A stretch of 64,000 nt of DNA, taken from NCBI RefSeq assembly GCF_963921235.1, contig NC_086097.1:159652001-159716000 (forward strand). Direction: 5' to 3'. Below are positions 12,953 to 24,463 of the stretch, in pieces. Made by a program: the position numbers and the translations under genes. The number at the start of each line of letters is the position of its first letter. The first letter of the stretch is position 1. The notes beneath the pieces were generated by a model. The model had not been told where the DNA came from. It was given only the letters and a program-made list of their open reading frames with translations, and ran no database searches. Source of the stretch: Mobula hypostoma. Lineage: Eukaryota.

Positions 12953-15900
12953 TATAGAAACATAGAAAATCTAGAGCACAATAGAGGCCCTTCGGCTCAC
13001 AATGTTTTGCTGAACACGTACTTACTTTAGAAATTACCTAGGTTACCCATAGCCCTGTATTTTTCTAAGCTCCAAGTACTTATCCAGGAGTTTCTTAAAA
13101 GACCCAATCGTACTGCCTCCACCTCCGTCTCTGGCAGCCCATTCCATGGACTCACCACTCTCTGCTTAAAAGAACTTACCCTTGACCATCTCCTCTGTAC
13201 CTACTTCCAAGCACCTTAAAACTGTGCCCTCTCATTTTAGCCATTTTAGCCTTGAGGAAAAAGCCGCTGACTATCTACGCAATCAATGCCTCTCATCACC
13301 TTATACACCTCTATCTGGTTACCTCTCATCCTCCATTGCTCCAAGGAGAAAAGGCCAAGTCCACTCAACCTATTCTCATAAGGCATGCTCCCCAATCCAG
13401 GCAACATCCTTATAAATCTCCTCTGCACTCTTTCTATAGTTTCCACATCCTTCCTGTAGTGAGGTGACCAGAACTGATCACAGTACTCCTAGTGGGATCT
13501 GACCAGGGTCCTATGTAGATGTAACATTACCTCTCGACTCTTGAACTCAATTCCACGGTTGATGAAGGCCAATACACCGTATGCCTTCTTCATCACACAG
13601 TCAACCTGCACAGCGGCTTTGAGTGTCCTATGGACTTGGACTCCAAGATCCCTCTGATCCTGTACACTGCCAAGAGTTTTAGCATTAATGCTATATTCTG
13701 CCATCATATTTGACCTACCAAAATAAACCACCTCACATTTATCTAGGTTGAACTCCATCTGCCACTTCTCAGCCCAATTTTGCATCCTATCGATATCCTG
13801 CTATAACTTCTGACAGCCCTCTACACTATCCACAACACCCCACAACCTTTGTGTCATCAGCAAATTTACTAACCCATCCCTCCACTTCCTCATCAAGGTC
13901 ATTTATAAAAATCACGAAGAGTAAGGGTCCCAGAACAGATCCCTGGGGCACACCACAAGTCACCGACGTCCATAGAGAATATGACCCGTCTACAACCACT
14001 CTTTGTCTTCTGTGGGCAAACCAGTTCTGGATCCACAAAGCAAGGTCCCCTTGGATACCATGCCTCCTTACTTTTTCAACAAGCCTTGCAAGGGGTACCT
14101 TATCAAATGCCTTGCTGAAATCCATTCACACTACATCTACTGCTCTGCCTTCATCAATGTGTTTAGTCACATCCTAAAAAAATTCAATCAGGCTGGTAAG
14201 GCACAACCTGCTCTTGACAAAGCCATGCTGACTATTCCCAATCATATTATGCCTCTCCAAATGTTCATAAATCCTGCCTCTCAGGATCTTCTCCATCAAC
14301 TTACCAACCAATGAAGTAGGACTCACTGGTCTATAATTTCCTGGGCTATCTCTACTCCCTTTCTTGAATAAGGGAACAACATCTGCAACCCTCCAATCCT
14401 CCAGAACTTCTCCCATCCCCATTGATGATGCAAAGATCATTGCCAGAGGCTCAGCAATTTCCTCCCATGCCTCCCACGGTAGCCTGGGGTGTATCTTGTC
14501 CAGTCCCACTGACTTATGCTTTCCAAAAGCTCCAGCTCATCCTCTTTCTTAATGTCTTTATGTTCAAGCTTGTTAGTCTGCTGTAAGTCATCCCTACAAT
14601 CGCCAAGGTCCTTTTCTGTAGTGAATACTGAAGCAAAGTATTCTCTCACTACCCCTGCTACCTCTTCCAGTTCCATACACACTTTTCCACTGTCACACTT
14701 GTTTGGTCCCATTCTCATGCTCTTCACATACTTGAAGAATGCCTTGAGGTTTTCCTTAATCTTGCTCACCAAGGCCCTCTCATGGCCCCTTTTGCCTCTC
14801 CTAATTTCATTCTTATACTCCTTCCTGCTAGCCTTATAATTTTCTTGATTTATATCATTACCTAGTTTTTTGAACCTTTTGTAAGCTCTTCTTTTCTTCT
14901 TGACTAGGTTTTCTGCAGCCTTTGTACACCATGGTTCTTGTACCGTACCATCCTTTCCCTGCCTCATTGCAATGTACCCACGCAGAACGTCACGTAAGTA
15001 TCTCCTGAATATTTGCCACATTTCTGCTGTACATTTCCCTGAGAACATTTGCTCCCAGTATATGCTTCCAAGTACCTGCCTGATAGCTTCATATTTCCCT
15101 TTACTCTAATTAAATGTTTTCCTGACTTGTCTGTTCCTATCCCTCTCCTATGCTATGGTAAATGAGATAGAATTGTGATCATTGTCTCCAAAATGCTCTC
15201 CCACTGAGAGACCTGACACCTGACCAGGTTCATTTCCAATACCAGATGAAGTACAGCCTCTCCTCTTGTAGGCTTATCTACATATTGTGTCAGAAAACCC
15301 TCCTGAACACACCTAACAAACTCCACCCCATCTAAAATCCTTGCTCTTGGGAGAAGACAATCAATGTTGGGGAAATTAAAATCTCCCAAGAAGACAACCC
15401 TCTTATTATTGCACAGTTCCAGAATCTGTCTCCCTATCTGCTCCTCGATGTCCCTTTTACTATTGGGTGGTCCATAAAAAACACCTGGTAGAGTTATTAA
15501 ATCCTTCCTGTTTCTAACTTCACCCACAGAGATTCAGTAGACAATCCTTCCATTACTTCCCACTTTTCTGCAGCCATGACACTATCTCTGATCAGCAGTG
15601 CCACGCCCCCACCTCTCTGGCCTCCCTCCCTGTCCTTTCTGAAACATCTAAAGCTTGGTACTCCAAGTAGCCATTCCTACCCCTGAGTCATCCAAGTCTC
15701 TGTATTGGCCACAGCATCATAGCTCCAAATACTGATCCACGCTCTAAGCTCATCCACTTTTTTTAGGAAACTCCTTGCATTAAAATAGATGCATGTCAAA
15801 CCATCAGTCTGAGTGCATCCCTTCTCTATCACCTGCCTATCCTCCCTCTCACACTGCCTACAAGCTTTCTCTATTTGTGAGCCAACCTCCCCTTCCTCCC

Positions 15901-16350
15901 TCTTTTCAGTTCGGCCCCACCCCTCAGCAATTCTAGTTTAAACTCTGCCCTATAGCCTTAGCAAACCTCCCTGCCAGGATATTGGTCCTCCTCAGATTCA
16001 AGTGCAACCTACCTTATTGTACAGGTCACGCCTGCCCCAAAAGAGGTCCCAATGATCCAGAAATCTGAATCCCTGCCCCCTACTCCAATCCTTCAGCCAC
16101 GCATTTATCCTCCACCTCACTCTATTCCTATACTCACTGTCACATTGTACAAGCAGCAATCCCAAGATTACTACCTTAGAGGTTCTGCTTCTCAGCTTCT
16201 TTCCTAACTCCCTGTAGTCTGTTTTCAGGACCTCCCCCTTTTTCCTCCCTATGTCGTTGGTACCAATATGTACCACAACCTCTGGCTGTTCTCCTTCCCA
16301 CTTCAGGATATCGTGGACCCGATCAGAAACATCCTGGATCTTGATCCTGG
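12953..16350 (-). mobile_element. CR1 LINE, ORF1 C-terminal part plus ORF2 (APE-RT), decayed
   Basis: HIGTNDIG (ORF1), [50 protein letters not shown]; (TTCTATGT)-type tail at ~12953-12968. Confidence 0.95.
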
Positions 16351-17380
16351 GAAGGATTATGAACTGATGTCAAGTCGGTGGTTCAGAAACTCAATGGTTG
16401 TAAAAGAAAGAAAAGAAATGAATGTCCCAATTTAAGTATCTTGTTTTCAGCCTCAGTGTAGTTTGGGTAGTGGCGATGATAGAACTAATAGGAGATCGTG
16501 AACTGTCTCAAAATGCAAGATGGGGATTAGTTAGAAGAGAAAAGCAGTAATTGTATATTGCCTCAGAGAGCAAGAGCAGCAAAAGGGCATCCATAAAATA
16601 ATGGAAGTACAATTGAAGCTACTGCTGTGACATTTCCTGTACCTACCTTTACTGGAAATTTGGTCCTTGACCAAATTACATAAAACATTACGTAGGCAGG
16701 AGTACTTCCTTCCAGAACTGGCAATGTGCCTGAGTGATTTTTTTACATTATAAATAAACTTAATGGAGTGCATTACATGCGAGCACTTAGAAATGACAAT
16801 AATTTATGCATCTTAATTAATTTAACTTGGAGAATAAGGGCTAGCGAAATGTACTATTAAGGTTTAGCTGACTACATAGTAATTGAACACAGTTCCAATC
16901 TGCTGCCAATTAGCAGTTAATTTTATGATCTGTTACATTGCCCATGAGCATTCATTCACAGAAGTGTTACCGGTGTTATGCGGTATGTTCCCGGAGTGCC
17001 AGCTGTGATAAGAAAAGCCTTCAGAGGAGCCCTAATCCACTGGCAACTCCTAACTTGCATGCTCACATTTATTGCAAATTGGTGATTGTAAAGATGAATA
17101 TGTAAAAGTTTTAGGTTGATGTACAAATTGTCATTTTTTTTTTCAATTTTTGACTTTACTGCACTACTTTAGTTTTCCCTTTTCTGCCCTTTATTCTCAG
17201 GACTAAAGAGCAGAACCTATGCAATTGTCAAGACCAATATAACATAAAAAAAATTCTAAGAGTTGTAGTAACTTTTCCTCCTACTTTTGGTTATCTTTCC
17301 TTTTGTTCTACGAGATGAGCTTCGAGACTACAAATGGACTGAGAAAGGATCTAGTGCTTTTCTGATGTATATGACAAATG

Positions 17381-17795
17381 AACTCTTCTCAGGCTTCCAG
17401 CTGAGTACAGGTATAGATTTTAATGTTTTGATGACAAACACCATCATCTTCATCAGGGATGATGCCTGGGCATGACTAGTCTGCTGGTATTTATACCCTG
17501 ACATCCATTCCTCCTGATTGGACAGTCCTCTCCAGTTAGTTTTCCACTGTCCCACCGTGTTTACAATCACATTTCAGTTCTTACTGGAAAGACTAAGATC
17601 TTGCTAGTAAGAACTAGAATTTGATTGTAAACAAGTCGGGACAGCAGAGATCTGAATGGATGAGGACTAACCAATCAGGAGGGGAGGATTTATACCACCG
17701 GACCAGACACGCCCAAGCATCATCCCTGATGAATCTGGCAGAGTTTGTCACTGAAACGTTAGTTAAAATTGATACCTGGAAGCCTGAGAAGAGTT
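17381..17795. repeat. ~415-bp fold-back element made of two inverted Penelope-type pLTR halves
   Basis: AACTCTTCTCAGGCTTCCAG (17381) pairs with CTGGAAGCCTGAGAAGAGTT (ends 17795); imperfect pairing continues to a loop of a few nt near 17595; each arm has a CTGATGA..(G/A)AAAC motif. Confidence 0.85.
17721..17764 (+). ncRNA. Hammerhead ribozyme-like motif (minimal type I, stem I degenerate)
   Basis: CTGATGA (17726-32), stem II TGGCAGA/TTTGTCA, GAAA (17753-56), palindromic ACGT stem III, GTT triplet. Confidence 0.5.
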
Positions 17796-17935
17796 TATAC
17801 AATTGGACTATTCTTATACTAGTGTAAGTTAAAGAGGAATTTGGTTAGTGTGGAATATCTGGCAAAAAAGAACAAACTTACCCTTTCTCTGCACTGCAAA
17901 ATAATGTGCCATACCTGTGCCTGACATGTGCCCAC

Positions 17936-18363
17936 TGTCACAACCACGGATTTGGCAGCGCAACAGATATGGAAATTGCGCTTGTGAATATGAACATGTC
18001 AGCCTATTATTACTTCACTGTGATGAAACCTAACTCCATTCTTTTCATCTTAGTGGTTGTCGAGACTTGAGAAAAGCACAGCATCATTTCACTGCCTGTG
18101 TGCATTCATCCTTGCCTGAGAAATTGGACTGTTGAGTCAACTGACTCTGAAGACTAGCGGTATTCGTTTTATATTTAGTTATGTTGGCTAAATGCAGTGT
18201 TGGCCTTGTTTTCCATTTGAGAGTTTTTAGCTCATGGCCCTGTTTGGCCTAATGTTTATTGTTTTCTTTTCCCTCTAACTCTGTTCGCGTTAAAGTCTGT
18301 GAACTAATTACCCGCTTCAGCGTCTCTCGCACCGCACTTGGGCCCTATCCAAACACAGTGGCA
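17936..18363. mobile_element. Solo LTR, probably Gypsy-type
   Basis: Termini TGTCAC...GTGGCA; 5-bp TSD CCCAC (17931-35) / CCTAC (18364-68) with one mismatch; CpG-richer than flanks; 428 bp. Confidence 0.65.
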
Positions 18364-18569
18364 CCTACAGTGTGGTATGTTATGAAAATAATACTGCATT
18401 TACTACATGATTCTGTTTTTGAGTACCAATCTTACCTGTTAGCTGCATGTGATGAGTCATTAATAACTAGTAAGGAGAGCACCACTCAACTGGAAATCTC
18501 ATTACATGTCATGGAAATAAATGGCATGGATCCAGAATCCAAAAGTAAATTTAAATGTGCAAGTTCAAT

Positions 18570-18742
18570 TACAATGGTGGTGAAGGCCAAGTCATTAGGT
18601 ACATTCAAGCAGTGAATGATGGGTTCTTGATTAATAGTGGTATCATAAGTCATGGAAAGAAGGTAGGAGAATGGAGTTGAGAGAGAATAATCTGGGCTGA
18701 ATGACCTAATTTTGTTCCTTTGTCTTATCATCTTATGATCTA
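18570..18742 (+). mobile_element. CR1 3' end fragment
   Basis: GAAGGCCAAGTCATTAGGT..GGGCTGAATGACCTAATT resembles the 3' end at 54400-54590. Confidence 0.65.
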
Positions 18743-18865
18743 ATGTAGTTGTTTTACATGAAGAATGGTGCATGCATTCCAGTACTTACAGTAAAACAGA
18801 TCAAAGGTGAAATGAGCCTTTTGCTTACAACAATTTTACACAATTGCTACTTTGGAGTGTAATTT

Positions 18866-19122
18866 AGTTACTTACTTAAGCCCATCACCCCCTACTTAGA
18901 CATAGGCCTCTGACAGCAGCTCGCTGGAGCCTTCTGTCCTGGGCCAGTCTTTGCAGGTTCCCAGGTGTAGCCCATCTTCAAAGATCCTTCCTCACCCAGG
19001 GATAAGGTCTTTGGAGTTTCTGTTGGCATTTCTGTAGCTCTGCGATTTTATGGGATGAGGTTGCTAGCCCCATGCCCAACCCTCTTCTTTTTGCAGTTAG
19101 GCTTGGGACTATCCATGGTGGA
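18866..19122 (-). mobile_element. Short bipartite RTE derivative (RTE 5'UTR motif joined to RTE 3' end)
   Basis: Minus strand reads GTCCCAAGCC..GAGGGTTGGGCATGGGGCTAGCAACCTCATCCCATAAAA, then GACTGGCCCAGGACAGA..GGCCTATG..GGGCTTAAGTAAGTAA with a (TAAG)n tail; both are RTE-type motifs. Confidence 0.65.
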
Positions 19123-19504
19123 TTTAATTTTCAATGTGAATCAATGGATAAAGTAAATCAAGTCTATGGCCAAGATAGGTGCTCCTGGAAGGTGAGTTTC
19201 AGCGACCAGAGGATAAAGGGCTGAAGACAAAGGAATGTGATTAAGCTGCAGTCAGCCTGCAGGGAAAGAGCTGACAGGCACACAAAAGGAGCTGCATTTC
19301 CCTAAAGGCTTGGAAAAGCCTCTCTGCTTAACATTTGGTAGGTAGCGATTAGGGAATGCTAGGATAGATATCGAGGTACATAAAATTGGGGGGAATTTCA
19401 AGACAGGGCATTTTTGCTGCCCTATTTGAGCAGATCCTCCTAGGTTGGCCTTTGCTGGTACAAATTTACTTTTTGTCCAGGGGGGCCAAGAGGAGGGACT
19501 GTCC

Positions 19505-20225
19505 TCAGTGGCACCCGCTTCCGAACTGTCCGGTGAACACTCGATATTTATGTTCTGCATAATCCAAGGCTGTCTCATCTACTTTTTAATCACTGCCATT
19601 ATCGTTCCCCAGCTACTCTTGCCTGCCCCCAGCCGCTGCCTCACTTCCCCTTTAAAAGAGTGTTATCTTTCTTCATACTGGCACTCCTGGTTGTTGCCCA
19701 TGCACCATCCCGCACCGTCTGGGCCATCCTGTCCCACGTATTCCTCGGGCATTTCGCTTTCACTAACACGTGTATATCTTTAGGGTGCATCTGGTGAATT
19801 TCAACCACTTCCTCGAGCTTGTGCCAGAATTCTGAATTCCCACAGGCAAATTTAAGTGAGAGCAACTCAGACAAAATACTCTGTTTCTCCCCGGGGGTGA
19901 AGGGCTTATGAATGGTCATAATCATTGTCAAGGGCTGGCTCGGATCATCAGGGTTCTCAGCCTGACGTTGCCTGACCTCAATAGGTGCCATCCTGGTAGA
20001 TCTATCTGGGTAAAACCTCTCCCTGAGATATCTCCATACTAATTCCCACACTACGTAAAATATCAAAGACGGGTAGCAGTTAAACAGTACATACTTAAAA
20101 CCGCAGAGTATGTATTCCGCAATCTGCCACTTTTGAGTACCTGAACTCATGATGCCTACTGTATTCCTTTGCATCGCACTTGCAAACACATACACTAAAA
20201 TGCAGCTTCCCGAACGAGTATACAC
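19505..20225 (-). pseudogene. gag: Retroviral-type gag fragment (hydrophobic leader, capsid NTD, MHR), frameshifted and 3'-truncated
   Basis: ORF 19641-20225: MAPIEV..HKPFTPGEKQSILSEL..FWHKLEEVVEIHQMHPKDIHVLV resembles a capsid NTD; shifted frames below 19660 read SFKGEVRQRLGAGKSSWGTIMAVI and KVDETALDYAEHKYRVF, an MHR-like pattern; lies directly downstream of an LTR and PBS. Confidence 0.72.
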
Positions 20226-20504
20226 GCCCCTACTCTGGCATCTCGAACAGTACCGTTGGTTACCACCTTTTGCAACTGGTGCTCCAAGTTAACCAAGTTA
20301 ACATGCAAAGATTCCTCACTTACATAAACACACATGCACACGCAAACACTACTTTTATATCTACCAGCTCAGCTCTCCGCGTTCGTGATACCTCCTGTTC
20401 CTGTGTACCACCGACCGAACAGATCCAAGTATGAGTGTTATTTTAGAAAAATACTCACAAACTTAGACTGCTAGGAACGCTGGTCACACGACGGGTCACA
20501 AAGT

Positions 20505-20522
20505 ATCCCATTCCTGACACCA
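20505..20522 (-). promoter_or_regulatory. Primer binding site, tRNA-Leu type
   Basis: Minus strand TGGTGTCAGGAATGGGAT, 2 nt after the LTR-terminal CA; differs at one position from the complement of the vertebrate tRNA-Leu(CAG) 3' end as I recall it (TGGTGTCAGGAGTGGGAT). Confidence 0.85.
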
Positions 20523-20524
20523 AA

Positions 20525-22352
20525 TGTTGTGTGGTGGATGAAATCACCAGAAAGACAGAGTTACTGGTAGATACAAAGCAGCTTCTTTATTCAACACAAC
20601 AAGGTACAGCAGGCATCATACGGACAGAGACGCTTTCGGTGGAAAGGTCTGCTAGCCCAATGTGGGCTCAATATTTATATGCTAAATACAAAGGGCAATC
20701 GCTATTTACAAAATTATAGACAATGCATAGACAATGCTTCCTTTTGAAGCTACATACAAAGCATCACACCTTCTGACTTCATCTTTTCCTCCCGACGCCA
20801 ACATGTCTGGGTTGGTACTCACAGTCTTTAGGAGCGCAAGTCAAATCCCCAATGCATTTATTTGGTATTTTACGTGCTAACATCGAGGACAATTAATATT
20901 TATATAGTATAGATACGCTATCTTCGAAACTACAAACCACATTACGAGAAAAGTTGAGATATTTTCCAAAATGCAATAACAACAAAAATCTGTGATATGT
21001 TAATTCACATGAACCTTTATTTAACTGACAAAGTACAAAGAAAAGATTTTCAATAATTTTACTGACCAACTTAATTGTATTTTGTAAATACACACAAATT
21101 TAGAATTTGATGGCTGCAACACACTCAACAAAAGTTGGAACAGAGTTAAAATAAGATTGAAAAGTGCACAGAAAAGTCATGCTACTGTGACAATTATAGC
21201 CACCTGGGCTCGGGAGTACTTCGGAAAACCATTGTCACTCAACACAGTCCGTCGCTGCATCCAGAAATGCAACTTGAAACTGTATTACACAATGAGGAAG
21301 CCATACATCAACACTATGCAGAAACACCGGTGAGTTCTCTGGGCCCGAGCTCATCTCAGATGGACCGAAAGACTGTGGAACCGTGTGCTGTGGTCAGATG
21401 AGTCCACATTTCAGCTAGTTTTCGGAAAAAACGGGCGTCGAGTTCTCCGTGCCAAAGATGAAAACGACCATCCAGATTGTCTTCAGCGAAAGGTGCAAAA
21501 GCCAACATCTGTGTGGTATGGGGGTGCATCAGTGCCCACGGCATGGGTGAGTTGCATGTATGTGAAGGTACCATTGACTCTGAGGCATATATTACGATTT
21601 TAAAGAGACATATGTTGCCATCACGGCAACGTCTCTTCCCGGGACGTCCATGCTTATTTCAGCAGGACAATGCCAGACCACATTCTGCACGGGCTACAAC
21701 AGCGTGGCTTTGTAGACACAGAGTGCGTGTGCTTGACTGGCCTGCTGCCAGTCCAGATCTGTCTCCTATTGAAAATGTATGGCGCATCATGAAGAGGAGA
21801 ATCAGGCAACGGAGACCACGGACTGTTGAGCAGCTGAAGTCTTATATCAAGCAAGAATGGACAAAATTTCCAATTGCAAATCTTCTAGAATTGGTATCCT
21901 CAGTTCCAAAATGATTAAAAAGTGTTATTAAAAGGAAAGATGAAGTAACACAGTGGTAGACATGCCTCTGTTCCAACTTTTGTTGAGTGTGTTGCAGCCA
22001 TCAAATTCTAAATTTGTGTATGTTTACAAAATACAATTAAATTGGTCAGTAAAACTATTGAAAATCTTTTCTTTGTACTTTTGTCAGTTAAATAAAGGTT
22101 CATGTGAATTAACATATCACAGATTTTTGTTTTTATTGCATTTTGGAAAATATCCCAACTTTTCTGGAAATGGGGTTTGTACCTGTAAACTTCAAACTTC
22201 CATCCGCAGCATCTGGCTAGTTTTCCGATATTCATAGCTTTTAGGAAATGCATTGTTGTGAAATCAATCCGTAGTACTTTGTCAAACAGAAGACTGGTGG
22301 CCAGAGCCATTTAAGTGTAAATGAATCATCTACCCAAAAATTCACTCTAACA
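20525..22352 (-). mobile_element. 5' LTR (~580 bp net) of the retrovirus-like element, interrupted by a Tc1
   Basis: Minus-strand termini TGTTAG (22352)...CAACA (20525); TATAAA at 20674-79; AATAAA at 20586-91; a degenerate U3 direct repeat (20735-20835 vs 20915-20932 plus 22182-22250) links both sides of the Tc1. The 22352 end is less certain. Confidence 0.75.
20933..22179 (+). mobile_element. Tc1-family DNA transposon (DD34E), IR/DR type, 5' part of transposase deleted
   Basis: ~210-bp TIRs (CAAACCAC.. / ..GGGGTTTG) each with two AAAAGTTG direct repeats; TA on both sides; WSDESTF, FQQDNARPH, SPDLSPIEN with 34 residues between D and E; frameshift near 21515. Confidence 0.95.
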
Positions 22353-23265
22353 ACCTTGCTGTTGATGTGGCTACAAATCCTCTGTTGCCTACTTCGACCG
22401 GTCGGACCCTTGCTTTCCAGCCACGTTGTTGCACATCAGCTGAAAGCTCAGCATACCTCAGCTTCTTGCGCTCGTAGGCCTCCTCCACTGCATCCTCCCA
22501 GGGAACTGTAAGCTCAGTGATGTAAACGAGATGCAGTGAGGCCGACCATAGTACAAGGTCTGGTCTGAGGTTGGTTTCCGCAATTTCAGTTGGGAAGCAG
22601 AGCCTCTGGCCTAAGTCTGCCACCATCTTCCAATCACGTGCCCCACCTAGCCACTCGGTGTCTGATCTGGATGTGTCGAGTCTGGCTTGACCCTCACCTT
22701 CCCGGACAAATGCTGTTAACGGCCAGCGGGATGAAGGGGGAAGGAGAGCATTGACGCTCATCTGCCAACTTTCCAGCACTGCTGCAAAACACCATAGCAC
22801 CTGCCGCCAGATGTATTGGCCTTGAGTAAGGCTGGTCTCTCAGCCCACCAGAATGTGTTTTCGTGTTGCTGAAGTCGGGCAGAGAGAGCATGTGAGGTCC
22901 TCTCCATACCACTGGCTCAGATTCATGGGAGATGGCAAGATATCGAAGGCAGCCCTGATGGTGAAGCTCGCTCTGCTCTTTCCAGGAGATCTTTCTTTTC
23001 TCCAGTCCCTCCCATCTCATCCATTGCCCTTGCCTTGCCTGAGCAACGGCCTTTGCGCACCTTGCCGCCTCCTCCTGCCGACCTATCTCCTGCGTCACAA
23101 GCCTGGGTCTCTGAGATGGAGCATCCTTGTTCCAGGCTGGTGTACTGTCCCCAAGGCCAAGACCGCTCCTCCCTTGCTGCACTCGGCCCACGATATCCCT
23201 GTGCTTGAGTGCTGCCTGTGCTTGCTTGGTTCTTTCTGATGGAGTCCATTTCCTCCCAGTATCCA
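22353..23265 (-). mobile_element. HERO-like non-LTR retrotransposon fragment with zinc knuckle and restriction-like endonuclease
   Basis: TGRKW, QGQWMRWE, CSLCPTSATRKHILVG knuckle, LRPDLVLWS..ELTVPWE..AYERKKLRY..PVEVGNRGF; frameshifted, no RT. Confidence 0.85.
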
Positions 23266-23721
23266 GGATGTATCTTAGTGTTGTCTTAAATAGGTCAAAG
23301 GGATCTTCATTAGAGTCATGATATTGAGTCATAGAGCACTATGGCACAGAAACATTTCTTTCTTCTTCTCTGCTATTTTAAAATGCATTAGAAAAACTAT
23401 AAAAGCAAGGATTGATGAATCAGAAACAGGAATAAACTGTGTAACCCCTCTTGCTTGCTTCATCATTCAGTAAGATCATGGCTAACCTACCTCAGAGCTA
23501 TTTTCCTGCACTTACATCTAAGAATCAACTGTCTTGAATATATGGATAGAATAGAAATGGAAACATTTATTATTAAAGTTAAGTCATTCGATTATTTTAA
23601 CAGAAATAACTAGCATGAATGTATGACCATGACAGTATTAATACAGAACTGTATAGAATGGAAAAAGAACATTTGTGTTGAAAGGGGGTACTAAGACTTG
23701 AAAGTATAAGATGAGAAAATA

Positions 23722-23855
23722 GAAACAAGAGGAAATCTGCAGATGATGGTAATCCAAAACAACACACACAAAACTCTGGAGGAACTCAGCAGGCCAGGCA
23801 ACATCTATGGGAAAAAGTGCAATTGATGTTTCGGGCTGAAACTCTTTGGTAGGAA
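23722..23855 (-). mobile_element. Penelope pLTR 3' fragment
   Basis: AAACAAGAGGAAATCTGCAGATG..GGAGGAACTCAGCAGGCCAGGCAACATCT..TGATGTTTCGGGCTGA is the reverse complement of the 45375-45490 motif. Confidence 0.75.
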
Positions 23856-24463
23856 ACATTTGGTGTGTGTTAATGAGAAAATAGAACTGTTTAGCACAAA
23901 TCTTTTGACTCTTATTAAGCTCATTATTCAATTTTAGTGAAAATTAAATAATCATTTTATTTATCAGCCTAATTCTATTGTTTGCAAATATCAATGACAG
24001 GGCATTGAATAAGTACATGTTGACATGCTTTTCACCATGAATAAATCCAGAATGAACACAACTCAAAATTCACTTTCTGAGTTTCAACAACTTTTTAGTC
24101 ATAGAGATCATTTTGTGACGATGTCCAGTACAGTTTCAACAGATTTTATTGTATCTGGTAGACATGCTCATTTATACAGCTTGACATAGTGACACTGGAA
24201 ATATTCAGATGAAGCTGAAACTTGTATATTATTTTCAGATAAGTATTACCTTGTCACTGTCATCTTGCCCACTGAAAATCGGAATGATAGACCAAAATGA
24301 TAGTCTGAATCATTGTATAAATGATAATGGCCTTCGTCAAGGTCAACATTCCCAATACTTATTGCAAGATATCCACTACTGATGGAACTCTTTGCTGTGG
24401 GTTGTCTTCATTGGTTGTTTACACCATCTTACCCTCATTGTCAAGGTCATTGTGTTTCACTAG

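Noticed and set aside
16999..17013. E-box next to a GATA site (CAGCTGTGATAAG)
   Set aside because: Spacing does not match the usual ~8-9-bp composite, and there is no conservation evidence.
17880..17893. Possible 12-nt minus-strand microexon with a GTAAGT donor
   Set aside because: Short pyrimidine tract, lies next to a solo LTR, and no other minus-strand exons support it.
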